DNA of 64,000 bases, from NCBI GenBank assembly GCA_050011915.1, contig JBEKIE010000001.1, forward strand, positions 7,675 through 71,674, given 5' to 3'. This document shows, one piece after another, positions 1-10,798 of the stretch. The notes beneath the pieces are model-generated. The model ran no database searches and was not told the DNA's origin. It saw only the letters and a program-made list of their open reading frames with translations. Source of the stretch: Terracidiphilus sp. Its GTDB lineage: Bacteria; Acidobacteriota; Terriglobia; Terriglobales; Acidobacteriaceae. The position numbers and the translations under genes were made by a program. Numbering within the stretch: position 1 is the first letter of the stretch; each line of letters opens with the position of its first letter.

Positions 1-1
1 T

Positions 2-703
2 GTTCGCCTGAAGGCCATTCCGAAGCGCAAATGTTCCGTACGCACCAACGGAATCGACACGCAAGAATTTGCGCCGGATGCTGCGCGCCGCACCTCCACG
101 CGAATTTCGATGGGCGCTGATTCCTCCTTCGTGTGGCTGAGTGCAGGGCGCATCACTCCGGCCAAGGACTTTCCCAACCTTCTCGCGGCTTTCCAGCAGG
201 TGCGCAGGGAGGCGCCCGATGCTGAACTCTGGATTGCGGGAGCTCCTGCGGATGCGAAATTGGTTGTGGCTGCGGATGGAACCTCGCGCCACTACTTCGG
301 GATGGCCGGAGAAAAGGGCTTCCTGGAACATGTGCGCTGGCTCGGCTTGCGCCGCGATATGCCGGCGCTGCTCGACGCTGCCGACGGGTTCGTGCTGGGG
401 TCGGCGTGGGAAGGCATGCCGCTGGTTCTGGGCGAGGCCATGGCCATGGAAAAACCTGTGGTCGCGACGGATGTGGGCGGCGTGCGCGAGTTGGTGGGCG
501 ATCAAGGCATGCTGGTTCCGGCGAAGGATCCGGAGCCTCTCGCCGAGGCGATGCAAGCCAGCATGCGGCAGAGCAGAGAAGAACGCGCGCAACTGGGATG
601 CGCCGCGCGCGGGCGAATCGTGGGCCAATTCAGCATCGATGCTGCGGCCGATTGGTGGGAGGCGCTTTACAACAGGGAACATGGAACTGGGAATAGGGAG
701 TAG
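2..703 (+). CDS. GT4 family glycosyltransferase (5'-partial)
   Basis: Frame is open from position 2 (VRLKAIP..NGIDT). Motifs GRI..K and SAWEGMPLVLGEAMA..PVVATDVGG. Confidence 0.9.
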   Translation, partial: VRLKAIPKRKCSVRTNGIDTQEFAPDAARRTSTRISMGADSSFVWLSAGRITPAKDFPNLLAAFQQVRREAPDAELWIAGAPADAKLVVAADGTSRHYFGMAGEKGFLEHVRWLGLRRDMPALLDAADGFVLGSAWEGMPLVLGEAMAMEKPVVATDVGGVRELVGDQGMLVPAKDPEPLAEAMQASMRQSREERAQLGCAARGRIVGQFSIDAAADWWEALYNREHGTGNRE

Positions 704-769
704 TGAAAAGGCCGCCTCGATCAGGAGCTGGTTTTCTACTCCGTATTGGCTACTCCCTGCTCCCTGCCT
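689..769. repeat. Inverted heptamer arrays (GGGAATA/GGGAGTA ... TACTCCC/TGCTCCC) between convergent genes
   Basis: gggaatagggagtag at 689-703 is complementary to ctactccctgctccc at about 750-764. Confidence 0.6.
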
Positions 770-3700
770 TTAGAACGAAAAAGCTGCCATGATGAAGATA
801 CGACGAGACGCTGAGCCAGACGGCGATGCGAACTGCCCGCCTGCGAGGCTGGGCGACGTTTCGAAGCGGCTTCCGGGGCCGTAGGCGGTGATTCCGGAAT
901 TGGGGGGCGGAGGGGTCGGCACCACGCTTCCGATCGGCGTTCCGTAGTTGACGTCGTTGAACAGGTTCAAGGCCTGAGCGCTGAAAGTCAAGGAGTACTT
1001 GCGACCGGTGTTCGACATACCGCCGCGGCCACCACCACCTCCGAAGCCACCTCCGCCAAAACCACCACCACCGCCTCCACGGCCGCCACCACCGGGTCCA
1101 CCGAAGCCGCCGCCGCCGAAGCCGCCACCACCGCCCTGACCGCGTTGACCACCTGCACCCGCCGGCGCTTGAACCTTGGGGCCAATTCCCCAGGAGCGGC
1201 TGACGCGCAGATTGACCGAGATCGAGGCGGGGCCGTTGCCCAGGTTCGGAGCCAGCAGCGTCTCTCCCGTTTGCGGGAGACCGGTGTCGAGGCAGCCGAA
1301 GGAGGTTTGAGCGTATTGTGCGTTTCCACTGCTGCAGGAAGACGAACTGGCGGCCAGGGAAGGCCTGTCATTCAGGAAGTCATCTCCGGTGAGATCATTA
1401 TCGGTCGTAATGTTGAAGGGCCTGCCGGTCTGGACAAACAGAAACGGATTGTAAGAGATGCCCCACTTGCCGGAGTAGTTGCCAAAGAGAAATACCACAT
1501 TTCGTCTCACAAAGCTGGCGCGTCCGTAGTCCTGCTTCAGGTTGTAGGAGTTCGATGCCGTGCCGGTATCGCCACTGGCGAAGTTAAGAGTGTAAAAACC
1601 CGTGACACTGAAATTTGGCGTGAAGCGGCCGTTGAGGTTCAGGATCAGCTGGTTTTGCTTGAAGACGGCTTCGGGATAAATCTCGTCGATCGGTCCGAAG
1701 TTGGTGTTCAGGCGCTGGAGTGGGGTGGGGCTAATGCCGGGGCCATAGTTGAAGGTCCCTTGCACATTCTGGTAAGGATTCGAGTCACGAGTCGCTATCT
1801 CGTGCACGCCGTAAGTGTGCAAGTAGGTGAAGGTGAGTGTTGACACCTTGGTGAGCTGCCGCTCCAGGCTGAGCCCCAGTTGCTCGTCATAAGGCGAGTG
1901 GTAACTGGGTAGGAGCTGAGTAAACGTCTGGGATGCGAGTGTAGGGGCATTTCCGCCATTGCAGGCGGTCAATGTGGCCAAACTGATGGGGGTCAGACTA
2001 ACGGGATTGAAACAGGTCGGATTGGTAATGACGTATTGCTGCTGGGTGGGTGAGTTGCTGACGTGATTTTCTTCCAGGCCCATCAGGCTGCCGATCCCGA
2101 AGCGATCGTAGAAGAAGCCGTAGCCTCCGCGAACAACAGTCTTCTGAACGGTGCCTTTCTTATGACCGTCAAGCGCGTAAGCAAAGGCGAGGCGCGGCGC
2201 AAAGTCGCTATGGTCGGAGACATGATTCTGCGATTCCCAGCGCAGGCCGCCGGAGAGCGTGAGAAACTGGTTCACCTTCCAATCGTCCTGGAAGAACAGC
2301 GCGGCATCGAAGACATTGCCCAGATATTTTGTGTTGCCCGTGGTGATGTTCATCTTGAAGGGCAGGTTGGTCTTGCCGCACTGGCTCGTAACCGTGCTGC
2401 TCGTCAGGCACGGCGAGGTCATAGGGAAGTAGTAGTTGTTCAGAGCTCCGGTGTAGTCGTTCAGGTCGGCGAACGTGAAGCTGCCGTTGAAACCGCCGCT
2501 GGAGGTGTTGGCATCGCGGTTGTCGCGCAGCCAGGTGCCGAACTTGATGGCCTGCGTCCCATGGGTCATGGTGGTGATGTTCTGCAGCTCGATGTGCGAG
2601 GAGTGGTCGGAGGACGACTGGCCGCTGTTCCCGCCACCGGTGAAGAACCCGCCGACACCGACCTTTGGCGCCGTGCTCACTGAAGTCGAGACCGTTGGCG
2701 CGAGGCGATACTGAAACCGCGTCTCATTCACGATGCGGTCATTGATAATCTGCGTATCGTCGAATTGAACGGAATGCTCCGAAGTGGTATTTCCAGTCGC
2801 CTGCTGGGGCAGCGACGTGGAGCCAAAATTGCCGCTGGTGCTGCCGCTTTCAAACTGATAGCGCAGTGTGAGCGTGTTTTTCTGGCCCAGCTGCAGGTCG
2901 AGCCGAGGCGAGACTTCGATGCGTTGAGCAGGACTATAGATAGCGCCGGTTGTGTCGATCACGTTACCATTCGACGAGTTGGTGGGAATGAAGTAGAAGC
3001 CTGTGCCCCCCGTCTGAATCGGGATGCCGACGGTGTAGACGCTGGCGTCGGGATTGTCGCGTCCTTCGACGCTGAGGAAGTACGAGGCCTTCTTGTTGAG
3101 GGCGCCGCTGACGGTGCCGTTGTACTGGATGGAGTGGTAGTCCGGAGGCGGGGCGAACGGGTTGCCAGTATTGAACGCGCTGTCGTTGCCTTGCAGGAAG
3201 CCCCGGCCGTGCAGCGTATCGGTTCCCGGCTTGGTGAGAATCTCAATGCGCCCGTAACCGATGCGGTCGAACTCCGCAGAAAACGGATTCTGGTTGATGC
3301 GAATCTCGCGGATCGCCGACTTGGGCGGCAGCGTTCCGCCGGTGAATCCGTCAATGTAAATCTGTCCGCCATTGGGGCCTGCCGAAGGTCCGGCCAGTGC
3401 CTGCAATTCATTCTGCAACTCGTCGGGATCGTCGGAGAGGGCGTCCAGGTCAGAGCCTTTGAGCACAATGGCGCTGGCGTTGGCGTCGGCGTCGGTGCTC
3501 ACGGTGGGTCCGCCCTCGTCGGTCACGATCACCTGCTGTTGCGTATTCTCAATCGCCATCTTGACTTCCACGCTCTTCGCCTGTCCCGCGGCCAGATCGA
3601 TGGGCGCGGAGACAAACGGCGCAAAGCCATTGAACGTCACCTGCACGATGTAGCTTCCAGCCGGCAGGCCGCGCACCGCGTAGCTTCCAGTCGCACTCGC

Positions 3701-4018
3701 CGTTGCGGTTCCCACGGTCACGCCCTTCGCGGTGGTTACGGTGATCTGCGCGCCGGGAATGAGGGCGCCGGTTTGGTCGAGAATGTGGCCGCGCAGAACG
3801 CCCGTTGTGGCTGGGCTGGCCTGCGCGGGGGCCGGCGTAGCCGGTGTCGACATGGCAGGCGCGGTCTGCGGGGTCGCTGCGGGAGCCGTTTGCGGGGCTG
3901 CAGCCGGAGGCGTCTGGGGGCCAGCAGCCGGCGCTGCCTGCGCGTTGGCCGCCGCGGCAGCCGGGGCCAGGGCCGCGGAAATCAGAAATGCGATCAAGCA
4001 GTGCGACTTTGAATACAC
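770..4018 (-). CDS. TonB-dependent receptor (Oar-like) with N-terminal carboxypeptidase-regulatory-like domain
   Basis: Signal peptide, then GHILDQTGALIPGA, plug motif FSAEFDR.G.GRIEILTKPG, FFQDDWKV..LTLSGGLRW, NLFN, and a terminal Phe. Confidence 0.9.
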   Translation of the reverse strand: MYSKSHCLIAFLISAALAPAAAAANAQAAPAAGPQTPPAAAPQTAPAATPQTAPAMSTPATPAPAQASPATTGVLRGHILDQTGALIPGAQITVTTAKGVTVGTATASATGSYAVRGLPAGSYIVQVTFNGFAPFVSAPIDLAAGQAKSVEVKMAIENTQQQVIVTDEGGPTVSTDADANASAIVLKGSDLDALSDDPDELQNELQALAGPSAGPNGGQIYIDGFTGGTLPPKSAIREIRINQNPFSAEFDRIGYGRIEILTKPGTDTLHGRGFLQGNDSAFNTGNPFAPPPDYHSIQYNGTVSGALNKKASYFLSVEGRDNPDASVYTVGIPIQTGGTGFYFIPTNSSNGNVIDTTGAIYSPAQRIEVSPRLDLQLGQKNTLTLRYQFESGSTSGNFGSTSLPQQATGNTTSEHSVQFDDTQIINDRIVNETRFQYRLAPTVSTSVSTAPKVGVGGFFTGGGNSGQSSSDHSSHIELQNITTMTHGTQAIKFGTWLRDNRDANTSSGGFNGSFTFADLNDYTGALNNYYFPMTSPCLTSSTVTSQCGKTNLPFKMNITTGNTKYLGNVFDAALFFQDDWKVNQFLTLSGGLRWESQNHVSDHSDFAPRLAFAYALDGHKKGTVQKTVVRGGYGFFYDRFGIGSLMGLEENHVSNSPTQQQYVITNPTCFNPVSLTPISLATLTACNGGNAPTLASQTFTQLLPSYHSPYDEQLGLSLERQLTKVSTLTFTYLHTYGVHEIATRDSNPYQNVQGTFNYGPGISPTPLQRLNTNFGPIDEIYPEAVFKQNQLILNLNGRFTPNFSVTGFYTLNFASGDTGTASNSYNLKQDYGRASFVRRNVVFLFGNYSGKWGISYNPFLFVQTGRPFNITTDNDLTGDDFLNDRPSLAASSSSCSSGNAQYAQTSFGCLDTGLPQTGETLLAPNLGNGPASISVNLRVSRSWGIGPKVQAPAGAGGQRGQGGGGGFGGGGFGGPGGGGRGGGGGGFGGGGFGGGGGRGGMSNTGRKYSLTFSAQALNLFNDVNYGTPIGSVVPTPPPPNSGITAYGPGSRFETSPSLAGGQFASPSGSASRRIFIMAAFSF

Positions 4019-4061
4019 GATTTCCTCGCTTGTGTACGAATAATAAGAAGTACGAATCCCG

Positions 4062-5213
4062 TTACTGAGCCGCTTCGCCTTCGCCCGAGCTCAAGCTCCA
4101 GCTGGAAAGCAGGTCCGCCGCCTCCGGTGCTTCGAGCAGAGGTTCGACTCCGGCGAGCAGCTTGACGGCACTCAGGCCCGAAGCATCTTCTGTGGCCACG
4201 ATCATCACCGCATCGCCCTTCTTGAGTGCGCCCAGCTGAATCTGCGGTGCGCGTTCCAGGATGGATTCAAGATCCATGCGCCCCGCGCCTGCGCCGCCAC
4301 CCTGGTTAAAGGTGCGCTGCCCGCCGCCGCCCCCGCCGTTTGCGGCGCGGCCGCCGCCACCCGCAGGATTGCCCTTGAGCCGCACGGCAAGCATCGACGC
4401 CACATTGTCGTCGAGCCGCCGCAACTGTGCGTCGGCGCTGATGCGAACGGTGACGGGCTTCTTGGTCGACAGATCCTTGACGGTGACGGTGGATGCGGAA
4501 GTGTCGGTGGCGATCACGGTGCCGGGAATGCTGCGGAAACTGCCCGAAACCACGCCGTCGGCCGCGAGCGCGGAACCATCCGCGTTCCTGGTTCCGCGTG
4601 CCCACAACTGATCGCCAGTTTGGATGGCGCCGATGGGAGCAGGTTGCGCCTGATCGAAAACGACGGAACCGGGAGCGTAGCGCTTGAACACCGTCGCCGC
4701 GGAGGTATTGACGGTGACATCTTTTGTGATCGGACCCATGCGCGTCGTCACCACAATGACGCCCGTGGTGGCATCGACGCTCTTCACCAGTCCGTGCACG
4801 CCCTGGTTCCAGGCGGCATTTTCCGCTTCCTGCTTCTTGGCGACATCGGCCTGCTTGATGGCGATAATGCGCGCTGCCTGCGGCGTGCCGCCGGTGGCAT
4901 TGGGATCGAGCGTGACGAGAACGCGGTCGCCGACGGCCAGGCTGCTGAAAACGAGAGGCTCGGCCTTGCTCAGATCCGTCTGCCCCGGCGCGACGCGCTT
5001 GAGCGCAGCGGTCGCAGGCACCTGGACCTGGTGCACATCGCCGGCGTCGGTCTTCACCGTCAGCGTGTCGCCGTTGATCGCGGTAATGCTGCCGAGATAG
5101 CGCGACACCTGCGCGCATGCGCCGGGCGCCCCGGCCAGCAGAAATACGGCCAGGGCTGCAACTCCCAGCACGGCAAATCCACGCGTCTTGCTTTCACTTC
5201 TCATCGATTTCAT
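4062..5213 (-). CDS. Secreted protein with repeated OB-fold-like (DUF5666-like) units
   Basis: Signal peptide and three G.(I/V)..(I/V).....(T/V)V...L..GD.(V/L) repeats. Co-oriented upstream of the TonB receptor. Confidence 0.7.
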   Translation of the reverse strand: MKSMRSESKTRGFAVLGVAALAVFLLAGAPGACAQVSRYLGSITAINGDTLTVKTDAGDVHQVQVPATAALKRVAPGQTDLSKAEPLVFSSLAVGDRVLVTLDPNATGGTPQAARIIAIKQADVAKKQEAENAAWNQGVHGLVKSVDATTGVIVVTTRMGPITKDVTVNTSAATVFKRYAPGSVVFDQAQPAPIGAIQTGDQLWARGTRNADGSALAADGVVSGSFRSIPGTVIATDTSASTVTVKDLSTKKPVTVRISADAQLRRLDDNVASMLAVRLKGNPAGGGGRAANGGGGGGQRTFNQGGGAGAGRMDLESILERAPQIQLGALKKGDAVMIVATEDASGLSAVKLLAGVEPLLEAPEAADLLSSWSLSSGEGEAAQ

Positions 5214-5267
5214 GCTCCACGGTCCTGGGGCGCTGGTTCAGGGAGGCGTGCGCTGCCCCTCGTTTCC

Positions 5268-5295
5268 TAGACGAGCCACCCCTGCAAAAGGTTGA
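5268..5295 (-). promoter_or_regulatory. Candidate ECF sigma promoter for the DUF5666-like/TonB receptor operon
   Basis: Minus strand reads TCAAC-N17-CGTCTA, matching the generic ECF AAC...CGT consensus, 55 nt upstream of the ATG. Confidence 0.55.
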
Positions 5296-5465
5296 AACCC
5301 CATCTCATTCTATGAATTCGGTCCTAAGCTCCAAGCTGTCTTACGCTTGGATGGCGGAAGCAGCCGCTATCATCGGCCCGTGAACCCTGCCGCCGCCACC
5401 GCGCATGAGACCTGCCTGCCCGAGCCCTGCGGTCAACTGTCAGCTTTCAGCTCTCTGCTGGCAGC

Positions 5466-5972
5466 TCACTTCCACGCGCCGAGCAGGCGGCGCAGGAGCA
5501 CCATTTCGCCGAGGTGATAGGCGTTGTGGTCGGCTACGAGGAGCGCTTCTCTGAGGATCGTTTGCCCGTTGCCATGGGGAATCTTCGCGTGGAGATCTGT
5601 GGCGTGGTCGGCCACGAGATCGGACATAGCCTTCAGATCGCGGCGAAAGGCGCGCACGCTCTTGTCCCACGCTTTCTCGTCCGGCGGCATGGGCGTGGCC
5701 GGCCAGTAGCCCTCGGGCCAGGGAAGATGCTGGTAGTCGGGATTGCGCGTGAAATCCAGAATGTCCCACTGCGCGATGCGCAGGTGCTCCAGCACCTCCC
5801 ATGGGGAGTGTTCGGCGCCTTTGGGCCGCATGCCGCGCAGGGCAGGCGGCAGGTTGCGGATGGCGGCGTCAAACGTCGCGTGGGCGTGGCCGCCGGCGAG
5901 GAGCTCAAGCAAGTGCCGGCGCAGGGAGGCGTCGCGAACTGCCGAGGTTTTCTTCTTGGGCACGAGAGTCAT
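5466..5972 (-). CDS. DinB family protein
   Basis: HSPWEVLEHLR and LVADHNAYHLG metal-binding His motifs. ATG 5972 follows GGAAGGA. Confidence 0.85.
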   Translation of the reverse strand: MTLVPKKKTSAVRDASLRRHLLELLAGGHAHATFDAAIRNLPPALRGMRPKGAEHSPWEVLEHLRIAQWDILDFTRNPDYQHLPWPEGYWPATPMPPDEKAWDKSVRAFRRDLKAMSDLVADHATDLHAKIPHGNGQTILREALLVADHNAYHLGEMVLLRRLLGAWK

Positions 5973-6103
5973 TCCTTCCGAAGCGGAATCAGCGGCTGAA
6001 CCGCCTTGCAAAAGCAGATGCGGTGGCGTAGCGGTCGGACGCAAGCATTTTTGGGGATCGTTGCTGCCCAGCTGAACGAATCTGGAGCGCGGTTTTCTGT
6101 TCC

Positions 6104-6856
6104 CTAATCCCTGTTCCCTGTTTCTTTCAGCACGGCCCTCTGCGCCGCAAAGATCTCCTTGAGGCCCGCTTCCGCCAAATCAATCAACGAATTCAATCCA
6201 GAACGAGTAAAAAAGCCCTTCTCCGCCGTGGCTTGGGTCTCCACCAAGCCTCCATCGGCGGTCATCACCACGTTCATGTCAACCTCGGCCTGCGCGTCCT
6301 CCTCGTAGCAGAGATCGAGGAGCAGCGCGCCGTCCACAATGCCCACCGACGTGGCCGCCACCAATTGCTTGAGCGGCGACGCCTTGAGGGTTCCCGCCTT
6401 GACCAGGGCTTCGAGCGCCAGGGCCAGGGCCACGGCCGCGCCGGTAATGGCCGCGGTGCGCGTGCCGCCGTCGGCCTGGATCACGTCGCAGTCGAGGATG
6501 ACGGTGCGCTCGCCGAGAGCGTGCATGTCCACCACCGAGCGCAGGCTCCTGCCGATCAATCTCTGGATTTCATGGGTGCGGCCGCCGATCTTGCCGCGCT
6601 CGCTTTCTCGCGGCGTCCGAGTGACGGTCGACCGCGGCAGCATGGAGTACTCGGCCGTGACCCAGCCGCGGCCGGAGTTGCGCAGCCAGCCGGGGACCCC
6701 CTGTTCGATGGTCGCGCACGTAAGCACGCGGGTGTTGCCCAGAGAAATGAGGACTGAGCCTTCGGCGGTTTGCACAAAGCCAGGCGTGAGGCTGAGCGGA
6801 CGAAGCTGGCTGGGGCCGCGGCCGCCGGGGCGCAGGCAGAGAGGAGGGGCGTGCAT
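6104..6856 (-). CDS. rph: Ribonuclease PH
   Basis: [44 protein letters not shown]. Confidence 0.97.
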   Translation of the reverse strand: MHAPPLCLRPGGRGPSQLRPLSLTPGFVQTAEGSVLISLGNTRVLTCATIEQGVPGWLRNSGRGWVTAEYSMLPRSTVTRTPRESERGKIGGRTHEIQRLIGRSLRSVVDMHALGERTVILDCDVIQADGGTRTAAITGAAVALALALEALVKAGTLKASPLKQLVAATSVGIVDGALLLDLCYEEDAQAEVDMNVVMTADGGLVETQATAEKGFFTRSGLNSLIDLAEAGLKEIFAAQRAVLKETGNRD

Positions 6857-6907
6857 AGAGGAATTGTAAGGGAACCACCTCCGGTGGGGAACGGGCGAAG
6901 GGAGCTA

Positions 6908-7126
6908 GTTCCGGGATGGGAATCGCAGAATTTCAAGAACCGGAACAGGAAGAGTGCGATAATCCGCTGAAATAGCAGCGCTTATCTGAGCTTGTTCCTG
7001 CCTCTTCGTTCCATTTCGGGACCTGCACGGTACCCCGCATGCCCGTGCCCCTTACAAATTCTGGCCGTCATCCCTTCCCTTATCAGGAACTTAGCTTTCG
7101 CGTCCTTCTTTGGCACGCGACGTGTA
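6908..7126 (+). promoter_or_regulatory. Candidate sigma-54 promoter with two upstream enhancer-like sites
   Basis: TGGCACG-CGAC-GTGTA at 7111-7126 (-24 box matches, -12 is GT instead of GC). GTTCC-N5-GGGA at 6908 and 7008. Confidence 0.45.
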
Positions 7127-7323
7127 TAGAAACAGGACAGAACCTGCGGCACTCAAGCAAAAATGGGAAGGAAAAAAGCAGGGAGCGGGGGTCAGGGTTC
7201 AGGGATTGGGGACCGGGGCAAAGGGACCGAAGAACAGAAGAAGGCGTACTTCAGCGGGAACTACGAACTGTGAATTGGCAACTCCAACTGGCCACTGACC
7301 GCTGCACTTGAAAGGACCGGCGT

Positions 7324-8382
7324 ATGCAGCAGACCGAACTGGGATTGAGAACGGCCAGGACAAAGTGTACCTGGAATGGCGTCGAGCGCAGGCGCGTAGA
7401 AAAGGTTGTCGAGACCTTGGCCACTCTGCGCAGCCGGGGCGAGAGCCTCTCCGAGGTGGCCCACGACGCGCGCAACATGGTCACGGCGCTGGGGCTCTAC
7501 TGCGATCTGCTGGAGGAGCCGGGAGTGCTTGCGACTGCCTTCACGCATTACGCGCACGAGTTGCGGCTGGTGGCCGCGGCCAGCCGCCGCCTGGTCGAGA
7601 AACTGGTGGCGCTCGATGCCAACGCGGTCTCGGGCGACACGGTGCAGACCCTGCTTCAGGCTAGTTCCGGTCGCAGGCCGGCGCTCCCGGACCCCGCAGG
7701 TACGAGTGCAGTCGCGCGTGCCGAAGCCACGAGTGCCGGTGCGCCGGCCGCCGGAAACGCCGCCGCTTGCGCAGGCACCCGCCCGGGGCCGGCTCCCAGT
7801 CCGATCTGGAACAGCACCACCGTGCAAAACCGGAACCAGCGCTGGGATCTGCTGCCCGCTTTGCCCGTCTCCAACCTCGCCGCCGAGCTGCTGGCCAACC
7901 GCAATCTGCTCGCGGCGCTAGCCGGACCTTCGGTGGCATTGACCATGGAGGCCAACGGCGGCGCGCAAGCGGTGCGACTTACCGGCGAGGACCTTACCCG
8001 GCTGCTGGTGAACCTGGTCAAGAACGCGGCCGAGGCCATGCCGCAGGCCCCGACCCAGACCATGACACAGGGTCGCCGCATTCACATCGGCCTGCGCGAG
8101 GGCACGACCGCCAAGGGCACGGCGCCCTCGCTGGCGCTCAGCGTCGAGGACAGCGGGCCGGGCATTCCCGAGGCGGCTCTCGAAAAAATCTTTACCTCCG
8201 GATACACCTCGCGGGGCAACGAAGCGTCAGAAAGCGGCTGGCCGCAGAGCCATCGCGGGCTGGGTCTGGCCATTGTGCGCTCCATCGTCGAAGGCGCAGG
8301 CGGGCGCATTACGGCTTCGAACCGGGCGCAGGGCGGAGCCTGTTTCACAATCGAGATCCCGGTGCGCAAGACGGGGGTCTAG
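7324..8382 (+). CDS. Cytoplasmic histidine kinase without sensor domain
   Basis: H-box VAHDARN, N-box NLVKNAAEA, G1 EDSGPGI, F-box IF, G2 GLGLAIV. No TM segment. Confidence 0.88.
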   Translation: MQQTELGLRTARTKCTWNGVERRRVEKVVETLATLRSRGESLSEVAHDARNMVTALGLYCDLLEEPGVLATAFTHYAHELRLVAAASRRLVEKLVALDANAVSGDTVQTLLQASSGRRPALPDPAGTSAVARAEATSAGAPAAGNAAACAGTRPGPAPSPIWNSTTVQNRNQRWDLLPALPVSNLAAELLANRNLLAALAGPSVALTMEANGGAQAVRLTGEDLTRLLVNLVKNAAEAMPQAPTQTMTQGRRIHIGLREGTTAKGTAPSLALSVEDSGPGIPEAALEKIFTSGYTSRGNEASESGWPQSHRGLGLAIVRSIVEGAGGRITASNRAQGGACFTIEIPVRKTGV

Positions 8383-8546
8383 GCGAGGGACTCCGGAACT
8401 CGGCGGCTGCGGGACTTGGGGCGGGAACGTTTCCGGAGCAGGCAAGAGCCGAACAGCCCGCAACGAAGCGCAGAGAGCTGAGAGCCAAGAGCCACGAGCT
8501 GTCTTCCGAAACTTTACGATGTTCTAACAGGCGTGAGGCGACTACA

Positions 8547-10007
<1,461 letters not shown>

Positions 10008-10010
10008 AGA

Positions 10011-10150
10011 CTACTTCTAGCTTCTAGCTTGTTCTCGCATGGGATGCTCGATTGCATTCCTCCGGCAGGATTCAGGCACTCAAGAGCAAAGAACTGCTAC
10101 AAAGCTAGAGGTTGAAAACAAGCAGCTAGAAGCTAGCAGCTAAAAGCTAG
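10011..10150. repeat. Inverted heptamer arrays (CTTCTAG ... CTAGAAG/CTAGCAG)
   Basis: ctacttctagcttctagcttg at 10011-10031 is complementary to caagcagctagaagctagcagctaaaagctag at 10119-10150. Confidence 0.65.
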
Positions 10151-10159
10151 GAGCTGGAC

Positions 10160-10675
10160 ATGAGCATTCTGATGGTGACGGGAATTGAGGGCGCCCGCAA
10201 CTGCGCCACCGTAGTGGGAGCGCAACTGAACATGGAAGTGGAAGTGGCCGAGGGCCGCAGGGCCGCGCTGGCTGCGTTGCGGCGCCGCGAGTTTCTGGTG
10301 CTGGTGATCGATGAATCCTTGGCCGAGTGCGATCCGTCGGCCGCGGAAAAGATCTGCGAACTGGCCGGTCTGGCCATTCCCATGCAGATCAATTTCGCCA
10401 TCTCGGGAGCGGCGCGGCTGATCCGTGAGATTCGCGCGGCCCTCAATCGCCGCGAGCGCGAGCAGACACTGGCCCGCCGCGCCGCCGCAGCGGCCATCGA
10501 GACCGAATTGAAAACCACGGTCGCCGGCCTCTTGCTGCACTCGCAACTGGCACTGAACGGGGGCGGGGTGTCCGCCGCCGTAGCCGACCGGCTGCGCACG
10601 GTGGCCGATCTCGCCGGCAATTTACGCCAGCAGCTGAGCGCACCCTCCGAGACGCGACGCGAGTCGCAAGCCTGA
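10160..10675 (+). CDS. Degenerate receiver domain plus coiled-coil/DHp-like helices
   Basis: Receiver-like start (SILMV..EVEVA..AL..L..FLVLVID), then IETELKTTVAGLL, which resembles an H-box without His. RBS AGGAG. Confidence 0.7.
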   Translation: MSILMVTGIEGARNCATVVGAQLNMEVEVAEGRRAALAALRRREFLVLVIDESLAECDPSAAEKICELAGLAIPMQINFAISGAARLIREIRAALNRREREQTLARRAAAAAIETELKTTVAGLLLHSQLALNGGGVSAAVADRLRTVADLAGNLRQQLSAPSETRRESQA

Positions 10676-10798
10676 ACCTCGCGCCCGGAATGCGGACCTG
10701 CACCTGGCACTTTGGTGGGTTAAGGGCTGCTAAGCCCTCTGTGATAGCCCGCGGGGCGGAGTCCGGTTGGAGGAGCCGCGCTTCTCTGAGGCTGATGA

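Noticed and set aside
1020-1170. CCG/CCA tandem repeats as a CRISPR array or microsatellite
   Set aside because: They encode the Gly-rich loop of the TonB receptor and have no repeat-spacer structure. No cas genes are present in the window.
7767-8546. 260-aa N-terminal extension of the sigma-54 activator (746-aa ORF)
   Set aside because: It overlaps the kinase in another frame and is Arg/Gly-rich noise. The receiver domain starts after ATG 8547.
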